Part shown: one piece after another, positions 1 to 12,000 of the stretch | Layout: the number at the start of each line of letters is the position of its first letter | How positions within the stretch are numbered: the stretch's first letter is position 1 | NCBI GenBank assembly: GCA_037834085.1 | Contig: JBBMKC010053593.1 | Coordinates: 1-39,541, forward strand | DNA: 39,541 nt | Reading direction: 5' to 3' | Source: Bipalium vagum | Taxonomy: Eukaryota | Position numbers and translations under genes: made by a program | Notes under the pieces: model-generated | Database searches by the model: none | What the model saw: only the letters and a program-made list of their open reading frames with translations | Told to the model about the DNA's origin: nothing

Positions 1-72
<72 letters not shown>
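1..72. repeat. (TTA)n microsatellite
   Basis: Perfect tta repeat from the window start to about 72. Confidence 0.98.
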
Positions 73-75
<3 letters not shown>

Positions 76-609
76 ATCGTTATTTTATTTTAAGTGATTG
101 CTTTGATTAATTATTTGATTTTTAATTGACATTCGACTTGATTAATTCAATTGACTATTGTTTAAGACATTTGAAACATTTTAGGCAACGTTGTGATCCT
201 TCTATTAATTTGACTATTTTATTGTTACCACTGTGATTTCACTAAGAGCGTCTGCACACGCTCACTCAAAAAATAATTTTTGATGGGATTTGCTGGGGAT
301 ATAAAATAAAAAAATTAATTATATGAATAATTTATTACAAACGCATTGGAAATAGCAAAACACCTTAATGTCCCTGAAAATATAAACAAATAAGTAAATA
401 AACTTTCAACCATTGTAGATGCGAACTATCTGCATTTAGTTTTTTCTTAGTATACTAATAACCAGATAAATCCGGTAGCTCAATCGGGAATATTGTGATT
501 TTCATATTTTACCAGGGATTTTTAATTTCTAAATATCAAACCTTAGGACTAGAAACACTGCTGATCTAGATTTTAATATTTCTTCATTGGTTTTGTTCAA
601 GTTAGATGT

Positions 610-910
610 TATCCATCACAAGAATATTTGCTAAAACACACCAAAAAGACTGTAAAACATGGAGGCTCATCTGTTAAGGTGTGGGATTGTTTTACCTCAT
701 CTGGTGTTGGTGCTATTATCAAAGTAGAAGACAACATGACTGTTGAAATGTATAAAGACATATTACAGCATAATATAAATGGAGATTTCAGGGATAATTG
801 GCCACTTCAATGGATTTTCCAGCATGATAACGACCCAAAACATACATCGAAGGTTGTTAAAAATTAGTTAGAAACACAATTTTAGTGTCAAGTTAATCTC
901 TGATATAAAC
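610..910 (+). mobile_element. Tc1-family DDE transposase fragment (decayed)
   Basis: ORF 628-867 contains KTVKHGGSSVKVWDCF...GVG and WIFQHDNDPKHTSKVVKN, which are canonical Tc1 motifs. It ends in a stop where Trp is expected, followed by a degraded remainder. Confidence 0.9.
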
Positions 911-1813
911 AAGATTTCTCAGCAATATTTTGTAATTATTTTTAAGTATTGTTTTTGTGCAATTTTGCTATTATTTACATGTGAATATTGGTTTCCCATT
1001 AGCTGACATTTATTATTCTTTTTAAAAATCTGATAAGAATATTTCACTTTACAGTTTTTGCGGCGTAAATTTATTTCAACTAGAGATTTAAATTTTTGTT
1101 GCCATGATTTCCCAAAATTTCCATTACTGAAGGTTAAAAATTTAAAGATGTGGAATTTTTGTCGTTGAATGTTGTCTTTCATTAATGCATTTTTGTTAAT
1201 CAGTTTATTTTCCTTTATATTTACTTTAATATTACAGTAAATGAAAAGAAATTAATATATAATTTAAGAAATTAAATGATCCGGTTCTTAATTTACGAAA
1301 AACCAAAGTGACTCTCATGTTTGTCTATAAGTATGTGTATAAAACAATTAGACGCACTGAAAAATTTCATATTATTTGTTTAGATTTGATGGGAGAAAAG
1401 AGATTTAACATGACAAACACTTGCAGAAAACTCACCCAGCTTAGCAATATTTTAAATATCATAAAAATTTCTTTCAAATAACTAGAAAAAATTTTAAGTG
1501 ATGTCTTAATTAGTTTGTTAAGTTAAGTAAATTTTAAGTAAAAAATTGAATAAACGAACTAATAATATTCCTATTTTAATAACTACTATATATTTGAATA
1601 TTAATAAAAACCTTAAGAATTGTAATATACTTAATTAACCAAATTTGTAAATAATCCAATATACAAGAAAAATAACACTACATCGAAAAGTTTCATTTAA
1701 CAAAATGTAATTTGTAAGACTTTGATAAAATTATTAACCTAAACATTAAAAGATTTCCAAATATTGTTTATTTCTTCTCCGTTTGCTTATAACAGCATAG
1801 TAAAATGACAATT

Positions 1814-2350
1814 TTAATTATTTTCCATATGTGTCATAAATTGACATAATTTACTGATAGATTCAGTATCATGAGCATATTCATATGTTTTTGCCATGTT
1901 ATTATAACGAGGATGAACAAAGTTATGCTTATCTATCACCCAATCTTCACTAGCTACAATTCTTAGAGCTTCTTCATCACTCATACCTAAGTAATTGGCG
2001 AACTTGGATAAATGAATATTCTGATAAGATAAAGAAATATTTTTAATACTGGTTTTCCTTATATTATCCATTAATTTATTTCGATCTTCTTTACTCATCA
2101 GATTGAAAACTTCAGACGATTCGATTATTTGGAAGAACGACACAAAATCTTGTTTCCATAATTCTTTAGCGAGAGAATAAATGAACTTTGCATAATTATC
2201 TGACTTTATATATCTTGGCAAGCGCTTCCATAAAAATTTAAATTTCAGAAGTTGAAAATCAATTAAATATTGTAAAAGATTACTGATATATATCTTAGAA
2301 TCATCAGATTCAATAGAATTTTCTTTAAAATCCATCGATTCGTATTCCAT
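1814..2350 (-). CDS. COPS8: COP9 signalosome subunit 8 (PCI domain), single-exon ORF of 178 aa
   Basis: KFLWKRLPRYIK, LWKQDF, ISLSYQNIHLSKFANYLGMSDEEA...EDW and the C-terminal SKLCQFMTHMENN parallel the CSN8 motifs YLWKRIP, IWQRDF, VSQAYTSI..DDFAAFVGL.VEEA and RLTDYVAFLEN. Confidence 0.88.
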   Translation of the reverse strand: MEYESMDFKENSIESDDSKIYISNLLQYLIDFQLLKFKFLWKRLPRYIKSDNYAKFIYSLAKELWKQDFVSFFQIIESSEVFNLMSKEDRNKLMDNIRKTSIKNISLSYQNIHLSKFANYLGMSDEEALRIVASEDWVIDKHNFVHPRYNNMAKTYEYAHDTESISKLCQFMTHMENN

Positions 2351-2789
2351 ATTAATTCAAATTAAATGAATGGATTATTAAAACAATAGTTCAGTTAAAT
2401 AAAAATTAAATTTAAATTTAAATATAAGTTTTTGTTTCATTTTAAAAATCATAATAAAAATTTTCTGATATGTTACGCTTTAATTGTAGAATATTTCTTT
2501 GAAAATAATATTTATCCTACTAAATTTAATAAATTTATAGTAACTCAAGTACTCTAGCATATAAATATAATATTAATTTTAAAAAATCTTTAAACAAGAT
2601 TTAATATATTGGAATAAAATCAAAAATAAAATTAATAATGTAATTTGATATATTAAATTCAATCGTTTGGTGATCAATTATTAATGAAAAGTGAAATATT
2701 TATAATATAAATATATTATATTGACTGAAATGAATAATTTGGTTCAACTAAATACGATCTATTTTAAAGTTTTATAGAAGAACAATCCG

Positions 2790-3310
2790 ATCGCCCATCT
2801 ATTATAGGGTAGAGTTTGTGACATCATGATGGTTATTGAGATCAGGATCCTAGTCCTTCTTCAAACCAAATGGTACCCACATATGTTTGGTAAAAAAGAG
2901 CTCATGTCTCCCAGTTGGTTGCTGGGGTATGCATCATGAAACTTCATTTTTAAACGGATAGCTCTTTGGTTCAGAGTGAAGCCATTTTCAATCCAAATTA
3001 TACGAGTTGGTGTGCAACCAGAATAATATAAGTAAATTATTTACGCAAAAACGATAATTTTTATTTTTTCTAGAAAAATTCTTTAAAATCAATTCTTCTA
3101 ATAAATTGTCGTCTACAAAAAACTGTCTTTGCTTTGGCGAATTTCTCAAATGAAATCCTCACTTTATATAGAAGTAGAGATTGGCCAACGACCACCGATT
3201 GCTACTTTTGGAATACTATTTCCTCCGATGGGCTAAAAATTCCTAAATTATCTTACAATTATCTCGACAACGAGAATTGGCACATAAACTATAACAGCGA
3301 GATAATTTTT
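2790..3310. other. Possible decayed Mononegavirales L fragments (CR II region)
   Basis: Less AT-rich patches. Plus 3128-3300 reads LANFSNEILTLYRSRDWPT...LDNENWH. Minus 2790-3020 reads PTRIIWIENGFTLNQ and MMHTPATNWET, loosely like VSV L DPSIIYSDKSHSMNR and MLDTKATNWKEF. By-eye only. Confidence 0.25.
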
Positions 3311-4190
3311 TATTTTTACAAGTTTCTAAATTACTATTATCAATAATAAAAATAAAAATAAAAATAAAAATAATTATTATTATTATTGTTGTTGTTGTTT
3401 TTCCTTAGAGGTCGTGCCTTTGGCGAACCAAAAATTTTTTAAAAAATCATAATTTATAAATATATCATATATTTTTGGATTAAATTTGATTTAGAAACGG
3501 GTAATTATTTTGAGTACAAAGTTTATCAGCTTTTCTTCGGAATTATAATTAAAAAAGATTTTTTAAATATATTTGGTAATCTCAAAATATTATGTCAGTT
3601 CTATTATATTTTTCTACTTCTTTATGACCTAATGTATAAATATATTTTATACATTATATTTTCATCAATCAATAAATTTTTCTGCAACTAACATTATTTT
3701 AAATTCATTTTTTAAGGAACTTTGATTTCTTCTTGCAATATACCTCTGTTATATAAAGGAATACTAAAATTCTCTCAAGTCAAATATCAAATAAGAATAT
3801 CAAATATTGGGTTTATATTCTAAATTTAATATTTTATAATCTTCAGCATCATAAAAATATTTTAAATTCGATTTAATTTAATTTATGAAAGTTATATTTT
3901 AAAGTAAACTCTTTTAACTCTTAATTCTTTTTTTATTTATTCAATATTATCATTAACAGTTTGTTTTTAATATCTGATATATCTTAATTGCAATTCGAAT
4001 TTTTTCATATGATATAAAGAAATTATTTTTTAAAATTTTCAAAAATAGGAAGTATTTCATTCTCATTATTTATATTTTTTGTTTCAAGATTTTATTTATA
4101 TACAGTTTTATTTGTTTTAATTTTTGTTTAAAATATTTAAAAATTGTTAATTAACAATATCAAAATCATCAATAGAAGTTCGAAATTTCA

Positions 4191-4850
4191 AAATGTATTT
4201 TACAAGAGGAAGAGAATAAATCTTCTTTAATATACTTATCTCAATCTCTTTTTGATTTACCTTTAAGAAGTTAAAGAAATGATGTAAATGTTTTAATTTT
4301 ATTTAAACTTTTAAAATATGATAAAAATTAAATTTATATAAATATAAAATATAAAGATTTTTTATAAATTTAGAAGAATAAGCTTATTTTAATTTTATTC
4401 ATATTTATAAGACATTTCTTAACATATCCGGTTACATTTAAATATTTAGAATCTAAATCTTAAGAATTATTATTAATATTTTTTTCATTATTATTAAATA
4501 TATCATCATATTGATATGGAGATTCTGCATTTGTTGGATTTAAAGAAATATCTAAATAAACACACTTTGGTTGTTAAACCTTGAAATAAAATTTTTAAAA
4601 TAAAATAAAACATTAACTTATCTATTATTTAAATTATACTTATGTATTTTTTTAACATAAAATGTAGCTTAATAAGTTATTTTATAAAAATTTAAAAAGC
4701 AGGTAAAATTTTATTTTTATAATATTTTAAAAGTTTAAATAAAATTAAAACATTTGAATTATTTCTTAAACTTCTTAAAGGTAAATCAAAAAGAGTTTGA
4801 GATAAGTTTATTAAAGAAAATTTATTATCTTCCTCTAGTAAAATACATTT
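4191..4850. repeat. Long inverted repeat (foldback/MITE-like), arms about 4191-4335 and 4705-4850
   Basis: aaatgtattttacaagaggaagagaataaa...gatttacctttaagaag... is matched by the reverse complement of 4705-4850 over about 145 bp with scattered mismatches. Confidence 0.9.
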
Positions 4851-5729
4851 CCTTAATATTTAGAATTTTTCATTTATAACATCATCAAAAATACCTGTTC
4901 GGGTGCCCTACGTAACTTTAAAAACTCCACCTGGTTTCTCTTTAATTTCACTATTTTTTTCTTCATGCAATTTTGATTGTAAATTTTTAAAATAAATTCC
5001 ATAATTTTTAAAATGTTTTCCAAATCTATTTTATTTATTTTCTCCAGCTTGATAATTTTCATTTTAAGTTTTTGAATTAATTGTTATAAATATTTATGTA
5101 AATACTTCTAAAATTTTTATTATATAAAAAGAATTTACATAATATAAATTCTATATTATAAATATAAATAATTATTTAAATAATAAAGAAGGGTTTGTGA
5201 TGCATCTCTCAGATTTGCTATTTCATTAAAAAAATTAGTAAAGTTGAAATTGAATCTGACATCCAATGTATTAATAAACTAAAAGCCAATTTGGATGAAA
5301 AAAGAATATAACAGCACTACTTGAACATGAAATTTTATCACACAACCAATCTACCTTTTCAAAATATAAAAAATTAATATTAAGTTTAAACCCTAACAAT
5401 ATTATTCATCTTTGACCTTTACGATTTATACATAATACATTCAATGGTTACATTTTATTGATTTTAACTGGTTTTTACTAAATATATATTTTTACGAATT
5501 TTACCTTTTTAAAGATTTTCCTATTTTTAGTTCAGGGACTGGTTTTATTTTCGGATTAGATGGTTACACAAAAAGTTCAATTTAAAATGAATCAAAATTG
5601 AAAATAATAAATTTTAATCGATTGATATATCTCAACAAAAATAATAAGATTTCCAAATCAACTTGACATATTAAATGAAAAGAATCATCCAATAAAATTT
5701 CTCCTTAACAGACTACCTTAAAAACAATA

Positions 5730-5813
5730 TTATGGTTTCCATGTGATCACGTCAACAGCAATTTTGGCATGCTTAGCCACAGCTTCTAATGGATCGAACA
5801 TCCTTTCTTTAAA
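5730..5813 (-). CDS. RSPH14: RSPH14 terminal exon (FKERMFDPLEAVAKHAKIAVDVITWKP*)
   Basis: AG acceptor at 5814-5815, phase 0. Matches the RSPH14 C-terminus (AARIAISVIEFKP in human). Confidence 0.88.
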   Translation of the reverse strand, partial: FKERMFDPLEAVAKHAKIAVDVITWKP

Positions 5814-5856
5814 CTAATATGGAATTAACATTGTACCATTCGTGATATCAAATTAC

Positions 5857-5919
5857 CCAATCGATATGATCAAGGAGAATTCTCCTTCCTTCTGGGGCTT
5901 CTGCAATGCAAGTCAAGGC
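5857..5919 (-). CDS. RSPH14: RSPH14 penultimate exon (ALTCIAEAPEGRRILLDHIDW)
   Basis: Flanked by GT-AG introns of 43 nt (5814-5856) and 53 nt (5920-5972). Matches human KALTMLAEAPEGRKAL. Confidence 0.9.
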
Positions 5920-5972
5920 CTAAGAAATTAGAAAAATTGATAAAATTTTTATGCGTTTAACAAAAAGATCAC

Positions 5973-6084
5973 CTTGATAGAATTTACTCGCACTTCACTG
6001 GATTCATCATTAATTAACGGTAAAAGAAAAGGTAAAGCTCCAAAATTTATGGCGGCATATTTTCCATGGGTAATTATTGCAATA
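5973..6084 (-). CDS. RSPH14: RSPH14 internal exon (IAIITHGKYAAINFGALPFLLPLINDESSEVRVNSIK), ARM repeat
   Basis: Acceptor tttcag ending at 6085, phase 2, and donor gtgatc. Matches human [24 protein letters not shown]...RLNATK. Confidence 0.88.
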
Positions 6085-9000
6085 CTGAAATAAAATGTTG
6101 GTGTTTGAACTTTGAAGGTTACATTGAAGAATTCATTTTCAAATATGAATTGAAATGTGAACAAAATTAATAAATTGTTTAGAATTTTTTGTCATACCAT
6201 GAGAATTTTTCATTTTAAAAGTGACATTAAAACAAAACAAAAAAAAACTAAAAAATATAAAATTTTAAAAGTTAATGTAAAGTTTAAGATTAAATTAAAT
6301 CCAAAAAAATTTAAGAAAAATAAAAAATTACAAATCCCATGACGTTACAATAAAGCCTAATAAAATAATAATAATAATAATAATATAATAATCTTTTTAT
6401 TGACTTTTTATTTATAAAATAAATTTATATATGGATAAGTTTTAGTAAATATCTCTAAATTATTTCCTAAGAGAAATTGAAAAAAATTCGTTAGCTGTAC
6501 AATTAATATCTATCCATTTTTTTAATTATAAAATAAATTAAAATGTAAATTGAAAGTAATAATTATTATTGCTTTTCCTATTTGATTAATTCTATTGATT
6601 TTGTAATCAAGTTTTCTCAAAATTATAATTTTTGTCAATTTTCTCTAGATATTTTCTGTGGAAATGCCCTATTTATGGGAAAATTAATATGAATAAAACT
6701 TTAGAAATCATTTAAGAGACAAGAAGTTAAACACTGCAACAGTTATGAAGTTGGTGTGACTGGTTTCACGAAGCATAGAAATGTCTTCAGTGTTGGAATT
6801 AATCTTTTCCATTGTGATACTGTTTTCTTTTGGCTTACTTTAGTGTTTTTGGCATTCGCACTGTTTCTCGGAGTTTTGCCATATTATTGAAAGAAAAGAA
6901 ACAATTGAATTGTTAACAAATTGTTTGTATGGGAAAATGATATTTGTTTTGTATCATTTTTATGTTTGATAATTGTGATGAAACGAGTCAAGCTGTAAAT
7001 CGAGATTGGTGTCGGATTTTGTTGTGGGACTCAAGCTGTTGTATTAAAATAAAAAGTGCGGAATAAAAACATTTATTAATCAAAGAGTGCTCTAAATCCT
7101 TTAATAAACGAATTTCGTGGTTTTGAATAGATTTTTTGCTTGATCGAAGTTGTGCAGAAGAGCACTGGAGTCGTTGAAGAGCTCTGTCGAATTATTTTGT
7201 CTGAGAATGTAATCAATATGTGTTTTCGATCTCCTTTATTTATTTATTTTCAATACATTTTACAATATGAATACAATAATAAAATGTGGAAATAATTTTC
7301 AAATTAAAAACAACTCAAAATCGCGGGATCCGTATTTTAATAAAACAATTAAGTAATTTAGGATTTCTTTCTCATATGTTATTCATAGAATATTATAGGT
7401 TTTCTGGAGAGAGCTTTAAAATATTGAATAAATATTAAATAATTATTTTTCTATTTCGCATTTTTCCTTTATTCATTTATTTCCACTTTTGAAGGATGGC
7501 TCAACGATTTGTGATACATTGATTATTTCTTTTAATTCGTTAAGTAAACAATGGGTAAGGTAAACATCAAATATTTACTCACATATCTACGATCAGCATT
7601 AACAATGATCTCCATATCAATATAATAAGACGTTTCAACAAAACAAGTAAATAATTTTTGTCAACAATTATTGATTATTAAAATTGTAAATATTTTACTT
7701 TAAAACTTTACGAAATGTATGGTTAACTCAATATTTTCTATTATGGCATGGAATGTCATTCAATCCACTGCATATTGGCATTGTTCATACATTTTATGAT
7801 TACTTTTATTTCTGCAAGCATAAATGGCACTTTCTTTACTAATTTTACTCGATTTATTTTAATTTAATATTTTAGAATATTATTTTCCATTAAAATACAA
7901 AATATTCTCTTTTTTTTGAAAAATATTTATTAATTAAATTAATCAACTTTGAATAATTAATTAAAACTGTTGAAATCGTTTTGTATATGATGAAAGTATT
8001 CTCATAAACCTTTTTACGTTTATTTTAATTATGAATTCGACTTCGTTACAGTTTTGATACATTCAATGATACTCACATTCTCATAGAAGAATATTTTATT
8101 CGTTTTATATTTTTTAAAGCTATGTTTAATAAATAAAATATTATACGTATAGAATTATTTTTTGTAACGAAATATGAACCAAGAGATTTTCTTGATTATT
8201 TTTATGATAATGATTTCTTGATGGAGAAGTCGGGCCCCGTGAAAGCGTTTTTTAGAAAGAAAGCGAAAGAGAATGAGGAAAATGTCTGGCAATTTTTAAT
8301 TACAAAATCATCAAATCATCTCGAAATAGTCAATTACATAATTAGGTATCACGAGTCCTGGGCTGATCTCCCGGCTTGTTTTCCATAAAAGATTTATGGA
8401 ACAAATAATTTCGTTGTGATACGTTTGTTTTGTACACTTTGGTTTGGTTATTAATTGATTTTGTTGTTTTGAAGGATTTCATTTATTTCCATTTTGGACC
8501 TGAGCCAATATTGGTAATAAAATGTGGAGATAATTTCATTTTTGGAAAACATTTCTCTTGACACCAATTTCTTGAAATTATTCATCGAAATTAAAAAGAT
8601 ACATTAATAAAAAAATATTTTCCCCCTCCTCTGGATGTCATTAAATATTTATAATCATTTGAAATTTTGTGAAAATATTGTTGATTTTTATTGATAATGA
8701 CATTTTGCATATTTACTAAACATCAGAATGAAATCTCTCACCAAAACTCTGTCACAGAAAAACGATGATTCTTCTTCTTCTTCGTTTCGAAAAAGTGACA
8801 AAATAATTTTTCGATTTTTGCAAAAGAATTTCATCTGTGAACACAGTGCTTCTTATTTCGTGTAATTCTATCAATTGTATTGTGCATCACAGAAAATTGG
8901 GTGTTTGGTTTTCGGAATATTTCTGTCAACACCAGGAGCCATGTCAGATAAAAGGTACATTGGATTTCAGTTATGATGCATTGTTGGATTTTCGTTCATA

Positions 9001-12000
9001 TTTCCAATATGTGTAGATCATATGCATTGTTATTGGAAAATGTCTGGCTTTGTATTTACATTTATTTATTGTCATTGAAGAAAATCAGTCAAACGTTTCA
9101 AAACGCGGATAAATGATGGTATTGCATTTATGTGTTGTATTATGTACCGTTGTCAGACGCTTTATCTCTATGGTCTGACTGTGAAACAATGAAGCACTGT
9201 TTTTGCAAAATCGAATTTTAATTAAGTATTTTTTAATGGACAATTTTATGGATTAATGAGCGATTTTAGAATGATTTCCATTACAGAGATATTGGAGGAA
9301 ATGTTTAGCTTACTTAATTTGGAACTTGTTAGAGCTGAGGGAAATTTTTTTCATTAATTAAATTATATTTTTCATCAAAAACAAGTTTAAGTGCAATTAT
9401 TGAAAAAAATAAAAATTAATTATTTGTCATTTTCAATAGTTTTTTTCACGTAGTTATGAATATTATTTTTCTTCATCTTTCGTTTCGATATGGAAATCTC
9501 ATTTCATTATTTGCGTATTTGATTTCGACTTTGGCATGGGAAATGGAGATATTTTACCGAGATAAATTATTGACGATTATTAAAATATATTAAAATATTA
9601 ATTTAAAACTGATGAAATTCTTTTTGTACATTATGAGAAGTCTGGTTGAACATTTTTTTTCATTGAAAAAAATATTCGTTTGATAACGACGAAAAATTCT
9701 GAACATAATGTTTGGAAAAAATATCAATTTTTTCCTAAGATATTTCCGATTTTTTCACTACTCTAATTAAATGAGACCAGTTAATATTTCTTTTCAGCAA
9801 TTTTACAAAAAAAATTTATGTGATTTTGTCAAATCAGTTTTTTCTATGAATTAAGAATTGTTTTGCCTTTTTTGAGTTTTTTCCCCAATTCCTTCTGAAC
9901 ATATTCCGTTTATTCTTCATCAGTAAACGTTTTTCCATCGTCCTGCCCTCTCGTTTCGTGTAGCTCTATCATTTTTTCGATTTTTTTCTGTTATATTTGT
10001 AAAAAAAAATTATTTATTAAAAATGTATAGGTTGTAATCAATTAAATATTAATTTTTAATGGTACAATAATAATAAAAGTTCATAGTTATTTTTTCAACT
10101 TTTTTGTGTAGATATTATAAATAAAACGTTATTATTATTTTGTCATTTTGCATATTTGGTATTTTTCGTTTTATTTAATTATTTATTATTTTTTCAATCA
10201 ATCTGTTCAACCATCTGGTATCTCAAAATATCAAATTGTCAAATATTTTTGTTAATGTAAAAAATGATTTCTTTCAACTTATCATTTAAATTCCATTAGG
10301 AATTTTTCATACTTTACACATGTTTCGAAAGATGTGAATAAATTCTTCTGGTAAAATCATCAATCTCGGCAAGGAAACCCGAAAAGAAAACTAGATGAAA
10401 CATTAAATCTCCTATTTTCTAGAAATATATAATTATTATTTTTCTTCATTGAATAATTAATATTTTAATATTTTATGATTTCTGTTCAGTATCATGTTTA
10501 ATCCTCTGCAAACTATGGTCTGTTATTAAAATTTCATTATGATAATAAATATTGTCTTATTTATTTATTCTGAATAATCTATACTACTTCTAATCCTTGA
10601 AATTAAAGAGAAAAAAGCTAATAAAAATTGATAAATGAAAAAGAAAATTTTCAATATTCTTAGTAGATTGTCTTCGAATTACTACGATATAATTTTAACC
10701 TTTTTCTTCATCTTTATCTTCAATTGCTGTTGTATATATGCCTCATTTTATAATTAATACTGCAGTAGTTCAATCGTAAAATCATTATGCAACTAAATTA
10801 CGTCTCATTGTTTCGAATAAGTCAGATAAACCTGTTTATCTTTGTCGATATAATCCCATTTCCAGAGGGCAAACCATTTCTTTTGTTTCTCTGACTAAAG
10901 GGGATGGCTTATGGATTTCTGTTTTATTTTATTTCGAGTTAAATTATGTCTTTTTAATCCCAGACTTTTATAAAATTATTATTTTTATTACCAAATTATA
11001 ATTTCTTCAATATTTGAGATTATGATTATTTTTCAATGTTATTCTTTATTTTAGTATTTCGTAGATATCTTTGAAATATTGTTTGAATATTATAAAAAAA
11101 CTCTTATGAATTATGATGCTATGATTTTCATTGTCTTTTTGTTGTGAGTTCAAAATTCTGTGCAATGAACCTCTCTATTACCATTTATAATAATTTTTAA
11201 AAACACTTTTTGCATTTATTTTAAATAGAAATCGTTATTACTTAAAGAAAAAGTTTTTACTAACTTTATTAAGAAAATATATATCAAATAATTTAAGTTT
11301 AAAAAATGAAAAGTTGGAAAAATAATAAATTTTTTCTTGAAAAAATATTTCTTCATATTTTAATATTTCCATATGATTTCTTCTGACTTTTTCAAAAAAT
11401 CGAAAAATTTTCTTTAAATAAAAATCATTTTATAAATATTTTCTTAAATTCCTATTGCTTATTAATAATATTAATATTAATATTACGTTTTTGATTTATT
11501 TTTTTTATTTTATTCATATTTTTCAAACTTGAACAAATGATTATTTATATTATATTTTCTCAAAGTTTGAATTTTTCTTTGGAAAATTTATATATTTTTT
11601 TTATTAAGTTGCCAGGAAAAATGTTTATGATTATATTTTAATTTTTATAAAATTAATGATTTATTTCCAATTTCTGTTACAATGTTCAAACACAGTAATA
11701 AAATCCGTGTTCCATTTTAAATCCACAAGCATTTTTACATTGGATCGAAAAGGGATATTAAATATTTGGAAAATAATAAAATTCATTATTTGTAATATAT
11801 GATCTAATTCTTTCAAGAAATCTTTATGGATTATAGTTTTTACAATCAATGATTTGAACTTATTATTTATCTTACCATTGAATCTGTATTTTCAGTCTTA
11901 TGTCACCATACAATAATAATGGCTGATAAAGTACTGTATTATCAGTTTTTAGTATAAGTTTTTTCCATCCCTCTTTGTTATATAGAACAGAGTATATTTT

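Noticed and set aside
7577-7640. Strong minus-strand donor gtgagt as a possible upstream RSPH14 exon
   Set aside because: No frame resembles the expected AAGALM-containing RSPH14 sequence.
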